Shown here in pieces: positions 50,001 to 64,000 of a stretch of DNA of 64,000 nt. Where the stretch lies: positions 2,100,699-2,164,698 of the forward strand of contig CM082581.2 of assembly GCA_040954595.2 (NCBI GenBank), written 5' to 3'. Each line of letters opens with the position of its first letter. Position 1 is the first letter of the stretch. Both the position numbers and the translations under genes were made by a program. The DNA is from Balanoglossus misakiensis (taxonomy: Eukaryota; Animalia; Hemichordata). The notes below the pieces were generated by a model. That model had not been told where the DNA came from, ran no database searches, and saw only the letters and a program-made list of their open reading frames with translations.

Positions 50001-53000
50001 GAGTTTGCATCACCATCTACTCTGATGCATCATTGAGCTTGCTTCGCCATTTGCCCTAATGCAAAGAATCGCATTCAATGTCACCATTGCATATGCAATG
50101 TCAAAGTACAGTGCTTTCCGCCACGTATTAACCCAGGGATTTACAGACAACCTTAAATCCCCCTGTAGGCATTTTATACCCATGTCAAAGTGCAGAGCTT
50201 GCATCACTATCTACCCTGATGCATAATCAACCTTGCTTCGCCATTTACCCTGATGCAAAGAATCAGATTCAATGTCATCGTTGCATTAGCAATGTCAAAG
50301 TACAGTGCTTTTGGACACGTATTAACCTAGGAATTTACAGACAACTTTAAATCCCCCTGTAGGCATCTTATACCCATGTCAAAGTGAAGTGTTTGCATCA
50401 CTATCTACCCTGATGCATCATCAACCTTGCTTCGCCATTTGCCCAGATGCAAAGAATCAGATTCAATGTCATCGTTGCATTAGCAATGTCAAATTAGAGT
50501 GCTTTTGGCCACGTATTAACCTATGGATTTACATTTAACATTAAATACCCATGTGAAAGTGCAGAGTTTGCATCACCATCTACTCTGATGCATCATTGAG
50601 CTTGCTTCGCCATTTGCCCTAATGCAAAGAATCCCATTCAATGTCACCATTGCATATGCAATGTCAAAGTACAGTGCTTTCCGCCACGTATTAACCCAGG
50701 GATTTACAGACAACTTTAAATCCCCCTGTAGGCATTTTATACCCATGTCAAAGTGCAGAGCTTGCATCACTATCTACCCTGATGCATAATCAACCTTGCT
50801 TCGCCATTTACCCTGATGCAAAGAATCAGATTCAATGTCATCGCTGCATTAGCAATGTCAAAGTACAGTGTTTTTGGACACGTATTAACCCAGGGATTTA
50901 CAGACAACTTTAAATCCCCCTATAGGCATTTTACACTCATGTCAAAGTGAAGTGTTTGCATCACTATCTACCCTGATGCGTCATAAAGCTTGCTACGCCA
51001 TTTACCCTGATGCAAAGAATCAGATTCAATGTCATCATTGCATTAGCAATGTCAAAGTACAGTGCTTTTGGACACGTATTAACCCACAGATTTTTCAACA
51101 ACCTGAAATCCCAATATGCATTTAATACCCATGTCAAAGTGAAGTGTTTGCATCACTATCTACCCTGATGCGTCATAAAGCTTGCTACGCCATTTACCCT
51201 GATGCAAAGAATCAGATTCAATGTCATCGTTGCATTAGCAATGTCAAAGTACAGTGCTTTTGGACACGTATTAACCCACAGATGTTTCAACAACCTGAAA
51301 TCCCCATATGCATTTAATACCCATGTCAAAGTGAAGTGTTTGCATCACTATCTACCCTGATGCATCATAAAGCTTGCTACGCCATTTACCCTGATGCAAA
51401 TAATCAGATTCAATGTCATCGTTGCATTAGCAATGTCAAAGTACAGTGCTTTTGGACACGTATTAACCCAGTGATTTATCATCAATTTGAAATCCCCATA
51501 TGCATTTAATACCAATGTCAAAGTGAAGTGATTGCATCACTATCTACCCTGATGCATCATCAACCTTGCTTCGCCATTTGCCCAGATGCAAAGAATCAGA
51601 TTCAATGTCATCGTTGCATTAGCAATGTCAAATTAGAGTGCTCTTGGCCACGTATTAACCTATGGATTTACATTTAACATTAAATACCCATGTGAAAGTG
51701 CAGAGTTTGCATCACCATCTACTCTGATGCATCATTGAGCTTGCTTCGCCATTTGCCCTAATGCAAAGAATCCCATTCAATGTCACCATTGCATATGCAA
51801 TGTCAAAGTACAGTGCTTTCCGCCACGTATTAACCCAGGGATTTACAGACAACTTTAAATCCCCCTGTAGGCATTTTATACCCATGTCAAAGTGCAGAGC
51901 TTGCATCACTATCTACCCTGATGCATAATCAACCTTGCTTCGCCATTTACCCTGATGCAAAGAATCAGATTCAATGTCATCGTTGCATTAGCAATGTCAA
52001 AGTAAAGTGCTTTTGGACACGTATTAACCCAGGGATTTACAGACAACTTTAAATCCCCCTGTAGGTATTTTATACCCATGTCAAAGTGAAGTGTTTGCAT
52101 CACTATCTACCCTGATGCATCATAAAGCTTGCTACGCCATTTACCCTGATGCAAAGAATCAGATTCAATGTCATCATTGCATTAGCAATGTCAAAGTACA
52201 GTGCTTTTCGACACGTATTAACCCACAGATTTTTCAACAACCTGAAATCCCCATATGCATTTAATACCCATGTCAAAGTGAAGTGTTTGCATCACTATCT
52301 ACCCTGATGCATCATGAAGCTTGCTACGCCATTTACCCTGATGCAAAGAATCAGATTCAATGTCATCGTTACATTAGCAATGTCAAAGTACAGTGCTTTT
52401 GGACACGTATTAACCCAGGGATTTATCATCAACTTGAAATCCCCATATGCATTTAATACCCATGTCAAAGTGAAGTGATTGCATCACTATCTACCCTGAT
52501 GCATCATCAACCTTGCTTCGCCATTTGCCCAGATGCAAAGAATCAGATTCAATGTCATCGTTGCATTAGCAATGTCAAATTAGAGTGCTTTTGGCCACGT
52601 ATTAACCTATGGATTTACATTTAACATTAAATACCCATGTGAAAGTGCAGAGTTTGCATCACCATCTACTCTGATGCATCATTGAGCTTGCTTCGCCATT
52701 TGCCCTAATGCAAAGAATCCCATTCAATGTCACCATTGCATATGCAATGTCAAAGTACAGTGCTTTCCGCCACGTATTAACCCAGGGATTTACAGACAAC
52801 TTTAAATCCCCCTGTAGGCATTTTATACCCATGTCAAAGTGCAGAGCTTGCATCACTATCTACCCTGATGCATAATCAACCTTGCTTCGCCATTTACCCT
52901 GATGCAAAGAATCAGATTCAATGTCATCGCTGCATTAGCAATGTCAAAGTACAGTGTTTTTGGACACGTATTAACCCAGGGATTTACAGACAACTTTAAA

Positions 53001-56000
53001 TCCCCCTGTAGGCATTTTATACCCATGTCAAAGTGAAGTGTTTGCATCACTATCTACCCTGATGCGTCATAAAGCTTGCTACGCAATTTACCCTGATGCA
53101 AAGAATCAGATTCAATGTCATCATTGCATTAGCAATGTCAAAGTACAGTGCTTTTCGACACGTATTAACCCACAGATTTTTCAACAACCTGAAATCCCCA
53201 TATGCATTTAATACCCATGTCAAAGTGAAGTGTTTGCATCACTATCTACCCTGATGCATCATAAAGCTTGCTACGCCATTTACCCTGATGCAAATAATCA
53301 GATTCAATGTCATCGTTGCATTAGCAATGTCAAAGTACAGTGCTTTTGGACACGTATTAACCCAGTGATTTATCATCAATTTGAAATCCCCATATGCATT
53401 TAATACCAATGTCAAAGTGAAGTGATTGCATCACTATCTACCCTGATGCATCATCAACCTTGCTTCGCCATTTGCCCAGATGCAAAGAATCAGATTCAAT
53501 GTCATCGTTGCATTAGCAATGTCAAATTAGAGTGCTCTTGGCCACGTATTAACCTATGGATTTACATTTAACATTAAATACCCATGTGAAAGTGCAGAGT
53601 TTGCATCACCATCTACTCTGATGCATCATTGAGCTTGCTTCGCCATTTGCCCTAATGCAAAGAATCCCATTCAATGTCACCATTGCATATGCAATGTCAA
53701 AGTACAGTGCTTTCCGCCACGTATTAACCCAGGGATTTACAGACAACTTTAAATCCCCCTGTAGGCATTTTATACCCATGTCAAAGTGCAGAGCTTGCAT
53801 CACTATCTACCCTGATGCATAATCAACCTTGCTTCGCCATTTACCCTGATGCAAAGAATCAGATTCAATGTCATCGTTGCATTAGCAATGTCAAAGTAAA
53901 GTGCTTTTGGACACGTATTAACCCAGGGATTTACAGACAACTTTAAATCCCCCTGTAGGTATTTTATACCCATGTCAAAGTGAAGTGTTTGCATCACTAT
54001 CTACCCTGATGCATCATAAAGCTTGCTACGCCATTTACCCTGATGCAAAGAATCAGATTCAATGTCATCATTGCATTAGCAATGTCAAAGTACAGTGCTT
54101 TTCGACACGTATTAACCCACAGATTTTTCAACAACCTGAAATCCCCATATGCATTTAATACCCATGTCAAAGTGAAGTGTTTGCATCACTATCTACCCTG
54201 ATGCATCATGAAGCTTGCTACGCCATTTACCCTGATGCAAAGAATCAGATTCAATGTCATCGTTACATTAGCAATGTCAAAGTACAGTGCTTTTGGACAC
54301 GTATTAACCCAGGGATTTATCATCAACTTGAAATCCCCATATGCATTTAATACCCATGTCAAAGTGAAGTGATTGCATCACTATCTACCCTGATGCATCA
54401 TCAACCTTGCTTCGCCATTTGCCCAGATGCAAAGAATCAGATTCAATGTCATCGTTGCATTAGCAATGTCAAATTAGAGTGCTTTTGGCCACGTATTAAC
54501 CTATGGATTTACATTTAACATTAAATACCCATGTGAAAGTGCAGAGTTTGCATCACCATCTACTCTGATGCATCATTGAGCTTGCTTCGCCATTTGCCCT
54601 AATGCAAAGAATCCCATTCAATGTCACCATTGCATATGCAATGTCAAAGTACAGTGCTTTCCGCCACGTATTAACCCAGGGATTTACAGACAACTTTAAA
54701 TCCCCCTGTAGGCATTTTATACCCATGTCAAAGTGCAGAGCTTGCATCACTATCTACCCTGATGCATAATCAACCTTGCTTCGCCATTTACCCTGATGCA
54801 AAGAATCAGATTCAATGTCATCGCTGCATTAGCAATGTCAAAGTACAGTGTTTTTGGACACGTATTAACCCAGGGATTTACAGACAACTTTAAATCCCCC
54901 TGTAGGCATTTTATACCCATGTCAAAGTGAAGTGTTTGCATCACTATCTACCCTGATGCGTCATAAAGCTTGCTACGCAATTTACCCTGATGCAAAGAAT
55001 CAGATTCAATGTCATCATTGCATTAGCAATGTCAAAGTACAGTGCTTTTCGACACGTATTAACCCACAGATTTTTCAACAACCTGAAATCCCCATATGCA
55101 TTTAATACCCATGTCAAAGTGAAGTGTTTGCATCACTATCTACCCTGATGCATCATAAAGCTTGCTACGCCATTTACCCTGATGCAAAGAATCAGATTCA
55201 ATGTCATCGTTGCATTAGCAATGTCAAAGTACAGTGCTTTTGGACACGTATTAACCCAGGGATTTATCATCAATTTGAAATCCCCATATGCATTTAATAC
55301 CAATGTCAAAGTGAAGTGATTGCATCACTATCTACCCTGATGCATCATCAACCTTGCTTCGCCATTTGCCCTGATGCAAAGAATCAGATTCAATGTCATC
55401 GTTGCCTTAGCAATGTCAAATTAGAGTGCTTTTGGCCACGTATTAACCTATGGATTTACATTTAACATTAAATACCCATGTGAAAGTGCAGAGTTTGCAT
55501 CACCATCTACTCTGATGCACCATTGAGCTTGCTTCGCCATTTGCCCTAATGCAAAGAATCCCATTCAATGTCACCATTGCATATGCAATGTCAAAGTACA
55601 GTGCTTTCTGCCACGTATTAACCCAGGGATTTACAGACAACTTTAAATCCCCCTGTAGGCATTTTATACCCATGTCAAAGTGCAGAGCTTGCATCACTAT
55701 CTACCCTGATGCATAATCAACCTTGCTTCGCCATTTACCCTGATGCAAAGAATCAGATTCAATGTCATCGTTGCATTAGCAATGTCAAAGTACAGTGCTT
55801 TTGGACACGTATTAACCCAGGGATTTACAGACAACTTTAAATCCCCCTGTAGGCATTTTATACCCATGTCAAAGTGAAGTGTTTGCATCACTATCTACCC
55901 TGATGCATCATAAAGCTTGCTACGCCATTTACCCTGATGCAAAGAATCAGATTCAATGTCATCATTGCATTAGCAATGTCAAAGTACAGTGCTTTTCGAC

Positions 56001-59000
56001 ACGTATTAACCCACAGATTTTTCAACAACCTGAAATCCCCATATGCATTTAATACCCATGTCAAAGTGAAGTGTTTGCATCACTATCTACCCTGATGCAT
56101 CATAAAGCTTGCTACGCCATTTACCCTGATGCAAAGAATCAGATTCAATGTCATCGTTACATTAGCAATGTCAAAGTACAGTGCTTTTGGACACGTATTA
56201 ACCCACAGATTTTTCAACAACCTGAAATCCCCATATGCATTTAATACCCATGTCAAAGTGAAGTGTTTGCATCACTATCTACCCTGATGCATAATCAACC
56301 TTGCTTCGCCATTTACCCTGATGCAAAGAATCAGATTCAATGTCATCGCTGCATTAGCAATGTCAAAGTACAGTTTTTTTGGACACGTATTAACCCAGGG
56401 ATTTACAGACAACTTTAAATCCCCCTGTAGGCATTTTATACCCATGTCAAAGTGAAGTGTTTGCATCACTATCTACCCTGATGCGTCATAAAGCTTGCTA
56501 CGCCATTTACCCTGATGCAAAGAATCAGATTCAATGTCATCATTGCATTAGCAATGTCAAAGTACAGTGCTTTTGGACACGTATTAACCCACAGATTTTT
56601 CAACAACCTGAAATCCCCATATGCATTTAATACCCATGTCAAAGTGAAGTGTTTGCATCACTATCTACCCTGATGCGTCATAAAGCTTGCTACGCCATTT
56701 ACCCTAATGCAAAGAATCAGATTCAATGTCATCGTTGCATTAGCAATGTCATAGTACAGTGCTTTTCGACACGTATTAACCCACAGATTTTTCAACAACC
56801 TGAAATCCCCATATGCATTTAATACCCATGTCAAAGTGAAGTGTTTGCATCACTATCTACCCTGATGCATCATAAAGCTTGCTACGCCATTTACCCTGAT
56901 GCAAAGAATCAGATTCAATGTCATCGTTACATTAGCAATGTCAAAGTACAGTGCTTTTGGACACGTATTAACCCACAGATTTTTCAACAACCTGAAATCC
57001 CCATATGCATTTAATACCCATGTCAAAGTGAAGTGTTTGCATCACTATCTACCCTGATGCATAATCAACCTTGCTTCGCCATTTACCCTGATGCAAAGAA
57101 TCAGATTCAATGTCATCGCTGCATTAGCAATGTCAAAGTACAGTTTTTTTGGACACGTATTAACCCAGGGATTTACAGACAACTTTAAATCCCCCTGTAG
57201 GCATTTTATACCCATGTCAAAGTGAAGTGTTTGCATCACTATCTACCCTGATGCGTCATAAAGCTTGCTACGCCATTTACCCTGATGCAAAGAATGAGAT
57301 TCAATGTCATCATTGCATTAGCAATGTCAAAGTACAGTGCTTTTGGACACGTATTAACCCACAGATTTTTCAACAACCTGAAATCCCCATATGCATTTAA
57401 TACCCATGTCAAAGTGAAGTGTTTGCATCACTATCTACCCTGATGCGTCATAAAGCTTGCTACGCCAGATTCAATGTCATCGTTGCATTAGCAATGTCAA
57501 AGTACAGTGCTTTTGGACACGTATTAACCCACAGATTTTTCAACAACCTGAAATCCCCATATGCATTTAATACCCATGTCAAAGTGAAGTGTTTGCATCA
57601 CTATCTACCCTGATGCATCATAAAGCTTGCTACGCCATTTACCCTGATGCAAAGAATCAGATTCAATGTCATCGTTGCATTAGCAATGTCAAAGTACAGT
57701 GCTTTTGGACACGTATTAACCCAGGGATTTATCATCAATTTGAAATCCCCATATGCATTTAATACCAATGTCAAAGTGAAGTGATTGCATCACTATCTAC
57801 CCTGATGCATCATCAACCTTGCTTCGCCATTTGCCCTGATGCAAAGAATCAGATTCAATGTCATCGTTGCCTTAGCAATGTCAAATTAGAGTGCTTTTGG
57901 CCACGTATTAACCTATGGATTTACATTTAACATTAAATACCCATGTGAAAGTGCAGAGTTTGCATCACCATCTACTCTGATGCATCATTGATCTTGCTTC
58001 GCCATTTGCCCTAATGCAAAGAATCCCATTCAATGTCACCATTGCATATGCAATGTCAAAGTACAGTGCTTTCCGCCACGTATTAACCCAGGGATTTACA
58101 GACAACTTTAAATCCCCCTGTAGGCATTTTATACCCATGTCAAAGTGCAGAGCTTGCATCACTATCTACCCTGATGCATAATCAACCTTGCTTCGCAATT
58201 TACCCTGATGCAAAGAATCAGATTCAATGTCATCGCTGCATAAGCAATGTCAAAGTACAGTGTTTTTGGACACGTATTAACCCAGGGATTTACAGACAAC
58301 TTTAAATCCCCCTGTAGGCATTTTATACCCATGTCAAAGTGAAGTGTTTGCATCACTATCTACCCTGATGCGTCATAAAGCTTGCTACGCCATTTACCCT
58401 GATGCAAAGAATCAGATTCAATGTCATCATTGCATTAGCAATGTCAAAGTACAGTGCTTTTGGACACGTATTAACCCACAGATTTTTCAACAACCTGAAA
58501 TCCCCATATGCATTTAATACCCATGTCAAAGTGAAGTGTTTGCATCACTATCTACCCTGATGCGTCATAAAGCTTGCTACGCCATTTACCCTAATGCAAA
58601 GAATCAGATTCAATGTCATCGTTGCATTAGCAATGTCAAAGTACAGTGCTTTTGGACACGTATTAACCCACAGATTTTTCAACAACCTGAAATCCCCATA
58701 TGCATTTAATACCCATGTCAAAGTGAAGTGTTTGCATCACTATCTACCCTGATGCGTCATAAAGCTTGCTACGCCATTTACCCTGCAAAGAATCCCATTC
58801 AATGTCACCATTGCATATGCAATGTCAAAGTACAGTGCTTTCCGCCACGTATTAACCCAGGGATTTACAGACAACTTTAAATCCCCCTGTAGGCATTTTA
58901 TACCCATGTCAAAGTGCAGAGCTTGCATCACTATCTACCCTGTTGCATCATCAACCTTGCTTCGCCCTTTACCCTGATGCAAAGAATCAGATTCAATGTC

Positions 59001-62000
59001 ATCGTTGCATTAGCAATGTCAAAGTACAGTGCTTTTGGACACGTATTAACCCAGGGATTTACAGACAACTTTAAATCCCCCTGTAGGCATTTTATACCCA
59101 TGTCAAAGTGAAGTGTTTGCATCACTATCTACCCTGATGCATCATAAAGCTTGCTACGCCATTTACCCTGATGCAAAGAATCAGATTCAATGTCATCGTT
59201 ACATTAGCAATGTCAAAGTACAGTGCTTTTGGACACGTATTAACCCACAGATTTTTCAACAACCTGAAATCCCCATATGCATTTAATACCCATGTCAAAG
59301 TGAAGTGTTTGCATCACTATCTACCCTGATGCATCATAAAGCTTGCTACGCCATTTACCCTGATGCAAAGAATCATATTCAATGTCATCGTTATATTAGC
59401 AATGTCAAAGTACAGTGCTTTTGGACACGTATTAACCCAGGGATTTATCATCAACTTGAAATCCCCATATGCATTTAATACCCATGTCAAAGTGAAGTGA
59501 TTGCATCACTATCTATCCTGATGCATCATCAACCTTGCTTCGCTATTTGCCCTGATGCAAAGAATCAGATTCAATGTCATCGTTGCATTAGCAATGTCAA
59601 ATTAGAGTGCTTTTGGCCACGTATTAACCTATGGATTTACATTTAACATTAAATACCCATGTGAAAGTGCAGAGTTTGCATCACCATCTACTCTGATGCA
59701 TCATTGAGCTTGCTTCGCCATTTGCCCTAATGCAAAGAATCCCATTCAATGTCACCATTGCAAATGCAATGTCAAAGTACAGTGCTTTCCGCCACGTATT
59801 AACCCAGGGATTTACAGCCAACTTTAAATCCCCCAGTAGGCATTTTATACCCATGTCAAAGTGCAGAGCTTGCATCACTATCTACCCTGATGCATCATCA
59901 ACCTTGCTTCGCCATTTACCCTGATGCAAAGAATCAGATTCAATGTCATCGTTGCATTAGCAATGTCAAAGTACAGTGCTTTTGGACACGTATTAACCCA
60001 GGGATTTACAGACAACTTTAAATCCCCCTGTAGGCATTTTACACCCATGTCAAAGTGAAGTGTTTGCATCACTATCTACCCAGATGCATCATAAAGCTTG
60101 CTACGCCATTTACCCTGATGCAAAGAATCAGATTCAATGTCATCGTTGCATTAGCAATGTCAAATTAGAGTGCTTTTGGCCACGTATTAACCTATGGATT
60201 TACATTTAACATTAAATACCCATGTGAAAGTGCAGAGTTTGCATCACCATCTACTCTGATGCATCATTGAGCTTGCTTCGCCATTTGCCCTAATGCAAAG
60301 AATCCCATTCAATGTCACCATTGCATATGCAATGTCAAAGTACAGTGCTTCCCGCCACGTATTAACCCAGGGATTTACAGACAACTTTAAATCCCCCAGT
60401 AGGCATTTTATACCCATGTCAAAGTGCAGAGCTTGCATCACTATCTACCCTGATGCATCATCAACCTTGCTTCGCCATTTACCCTGATGCAAAGAATCAG
60501 ATTCAATGTCATCGTTGCATTAGCAATGTCAAAGTACAGTGCTTTTGGACACGTATTAACCCACAGATTTTTCAACAACATGAAATCCCCATATGCATTT
60601 AATACCCATGTCAAAGTGAAGTGTTTGCATCACTATCTACCCTGATGCATCATAAAGCTTGCTACGCCATATACCCTGATGCAAAGAATCAGATTCAATG
60701 TCATCGTTGCATTAGCAATGTCAAAGTACAGTGCTTTTGGACACGTATTAACCCAGGGATTTATCATCAACTTGAAATCCCCATATGCATTTAATACCAA
60801 TGTCAAAGTGAAGTGATTGCATCACTATCTACCCTGATGCATCATCAACCTTGCTTCGCCATTTGCCCTGATGCAGAGAATCAGATTCAATGTCATCGTT
60901 TCATTAGCAATGTCAAATTAGAGTGCTTTTGGCCACGTATTAACCTATGGATTTACATTTAACATTAAATACCCATGTGAAAGTGCAGAGTTTGCATCAC
61001 CATCTACTCTGATGCATCATTGAGCTAACTTCGCCATTTGCCCTAATGCAAAGAATCCCATTCAATGTCACCATTGCATATGCAATGTCAAAGTACAGTG
61101 CTTTCCGCCACGTATTAACCCAGGGATTTACAGACAACTTTAAATCCCCCTGTAGGCATTTTATACCCATGTTAAAGTGCAGAGCTTGCATCACTATCTA
61201 CCCTGATGCATCATCAACCTTGCTTCGCCATTTACCCTGATGCAAAGAATCAGATTCAATGTCATCGCTGCATTAGCAATGTCAAAGTACAGTGTTTTTG
61301 GACACGTATTAACCCAGGGATTTACAGACAACTTTAAATCCCCCTGTAGGCATTTTATACCCATGTCAAAGTGAAGTGTTTGCATCACTATCTACCCTGA
61401 TGCATCATAAAGCTTGCTACGCCATTTACCCTGATGCAAAGAATCAGATTCAATGTCATCATTGCATTAGCAATGTCAAAGTACAGTGCTTTTCGACACG
61501 TATTAACCCACAGATTTTTCAACAACCTGAAATCCCCATATGCATTTAATACCCATGACAAAGTGAAGTGTTTGCATTACTATCTACCCTGATGCATCAT
61601 AAAGCTTGCTACGCCATTTACCCTGATGCAAACAATCAGATTCAATGTCATCGTTGCATTAGCAATGTCAAAGTACAGTGCTTTTGGACACGTATTAACC
61701 CACAGACTTTTCAACAACCTGAAATCCCCATATGCATTTAATACCCATGTCAAAGTGAAGTGTTTGCATTACTATCTACCCTGATGCATCATAAAGCTTG
61801 CTACGCCATTTACCCTGATGCAAAGAATCATATTCAATGTCATCGTTGCATTAGCAATGTCAAAGTACAGTGCTTTTGGACACGTATTAACCCACAGATT
61901 TTTCAACAACCTGAAATCCCCATATGCATTTAATACCCATGTCAAAGTGAAGTGTTTGCATTACTATCTACCCTGATGCATCATAAAGCTTGCTACGCCA

Positions 62001-64000
62001 TATACCCTGATGCAAAGAATCAGATTCAATGTCATCGTTGCATTAGCAATGTCAAATTACAGTGCTTTTGGACACGTATTAAACCAGGGATTTATCATCA
62101 ACTTGAAATCCCCATATGCATTTAATACCAATGTCAAAGTGAAGTGATTGCATCACTATCTACCCTGATGCATCATCAACCTTGCTTCGCCATTTGCCCT
62201 GATGCAAAGAATCAGATTCAATGTCATCGTTGCATTAGCAATGTCAAATTAGAGTGCTTTTGGCCACGTATTAACCTATGGATTCACAGTTAACATTAAA
62301 TACCCATGTGAAAGTGCAGAGTTTGCATCACCATCTACTCTGATGCATCATTGAGCTTGCATGCCATTTGCCCTAATGCAAAGAATCCCATTCAATGTCA
62401 CCATTGCATATGCAATGTCAAAGTACAGTGCTTTCCGCCACGTATTAACCCAGGGATTTACAGACAACTTTAAATCCCCCTGTAGGCATTTTATACCCAT
62501 GTTAAAGTGCAGAGCTTGCATCACTATCTACCCTGATGCATCATCAACCTTGCTTCGCCATTTACCCTGATGCAAAGAATCAGATTCAATGTCATCGCTG
62601 CATTAGCAATGTCAAAGTACAGTGATTTTGGACACGTATTAACCCAGGGATTTACAGACAACTTTAAATCCCCCTGTAGGCATTTTATACCCATGTCAAA
62701 GTGAAGTGTTTGCATCACTATCTACCCTGATGCATCATCAACCTTGCTACGCCATTTACCCTGATGCAAAGAATCATATTCAATGTCATCGTTATATTAG
62801 CAATGTCAAAGTACAGTGCTTTTGGACACGTATTAACCCAGGGATTTATCATCAACTTGAAATCCCCATATGCATTTAATACCCATGTCAAAGTGAAGTG
62901 ATTGCATCACTATCTATCCTGATGCATCATCAACCTTGCTTCGCTATTTGCCCTGATGCAAAGAATCAGATTCAATGTCATCGTTGCATTAGCAATGTCA
63001 AATTAGAGTGCTTTTGGCCACGTATTAACCTATGGATTTACATTTAACATTAAATACCCATGTGAAAGTGCAGAGTTTGCATCACCATCTACTCTGATGC
63101 ATCATTGAGCTTGCTTCGCCATTTGCCCTAATGCAAAGAATCCCATTCAATGTCACCATTGCAAATGCAATGTCAAAGTACAGTGCTTTCCGCCACGTAT
63201 TAACCCAGGGATTTACAGCCAACTTTAAATCCCCCAGTAGGCATTTTATACCCATGTCAAAGTGCAGAGCTTGCATCACTATCTACCCTGATGCATCATC
63301 AACCTTGCTTCGCCATTTACCCTGATGCAAAGAATCAGATTCAATGTCATCGTTGCATTAGCAATGTCAAAATACAGTGCTTTTGGACACGTATTAACCC
63401 AGGGATTTACAGACAACTTTAAATCCCCCTGTAGGCATTTTACACCCATGTCAAAGTGAAGTGTTTGCATCACTATCTACCCAGATGCATCATAAAGCTT
63501 GCTACGCCATTTACCCTGATGAAAAGAATCAGATTCAATGTCATCGTTGCATTAGCAATGTCAAATTAGAGAGCTTTTGGCCACGTATTAACCTATGGAT
63601 TTACATTTAACATTAAATACCCATGTGAAAGTGCAGAGTTTGCATCACCATCTACTCTGATGCATCATTGAGCTTGCTTCGCCATTTGCCCTAATGCAAA
63701 GAATCCCATTCAATGTCACCATTGCATATGCAATGTCAAAGTACAGTGCTTCCCGCCACGTATTAACCCAGGGATTTACAGACAACTTTAAATCCCCCAG
63801 TAGGCATTTTATACCCATGTCAAAGTGCAGAGCTTGCATCACTATCTACCCTGATGCATCATAAAGCTTGCTACGCCATATACCCTGATGCAAAGAATCA
63901 GATTCAATGTCATCGTTGCATTAGCAATGTCAAATTACAGTGCTTTTGGACACGTATTAACCCACAGATTTTTCAACAACCTGAAATCCCCATATGCATT

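Larger units (their letters stand above)
40672..64000. repeat. Satellite DNA: 175/192/194 bp monomers with a 947 bp five-monomer higher-order repeat
   Basis: Monomer spacings counted at 49068-50207 are 194, 192, 192, 192, 175, 194. Same-type monomers at 51712, 52659, 53606, 54553 and 55500 are exactly 947 bp apart. Two TE insertions. The array runs off the window end. Confidence 0.98.

Noticed and set aside
40729-63842. Dozens of 63-65 aa ORFs (MMQALHFDMGIK...)
   Set aside because: They are translations of satellite monomers. The 194 and 175 bp units break frame and there is no coding signature.
47097-64000. CRISPR-like array or CENP-B box in the satellite
   Set aside because: No unique spacers. 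cttcgccatttaccctg has TTCG but lacks the A and CGGG positions of a CENP-B box.

Overview
AT-rich eukaryotic (animal, probably marine invertebrate) genomic DNA that consists almost entirely of nested transposable elements, followed by a ~23 kb satellite array. From left to right: (1) the 3' exons of a possible mucin-stalk/transmembrane host gene; (2) a ~520 bp tandem repeat interrupted by a TTA-TSD MITE; (3) a scrambled chromodomain-bearing Gypsy LTR element, interrupted by an unclassified TIR element with a 5-bp TSD; (4) LINE fragments; (5) a decayed Academ-like transposase gene, split by an apparently intact 5.1 kb ISL2EU/IS4EU-type transposon (THAP-DDE transposase plus SWIM-YqaJ nuclease, ~295 bp TIRs each carrying a CTCF-like motif and a splice donor); (6) Zator-like remnants and a Crypton tyrosine-recombinase pseudogene; (7) a two-gene Zator-like element in which a divergent multi-exon transposase is head-to-head with an intact SAM-domain gene. 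From 13 bp inside the intron after the last visible transposase exon, a 175-194 bp satellite with a 947 bp five-monomer higher-order repeat runs to the window end. All family assignments come from motif recognition by eye; no searches were run.
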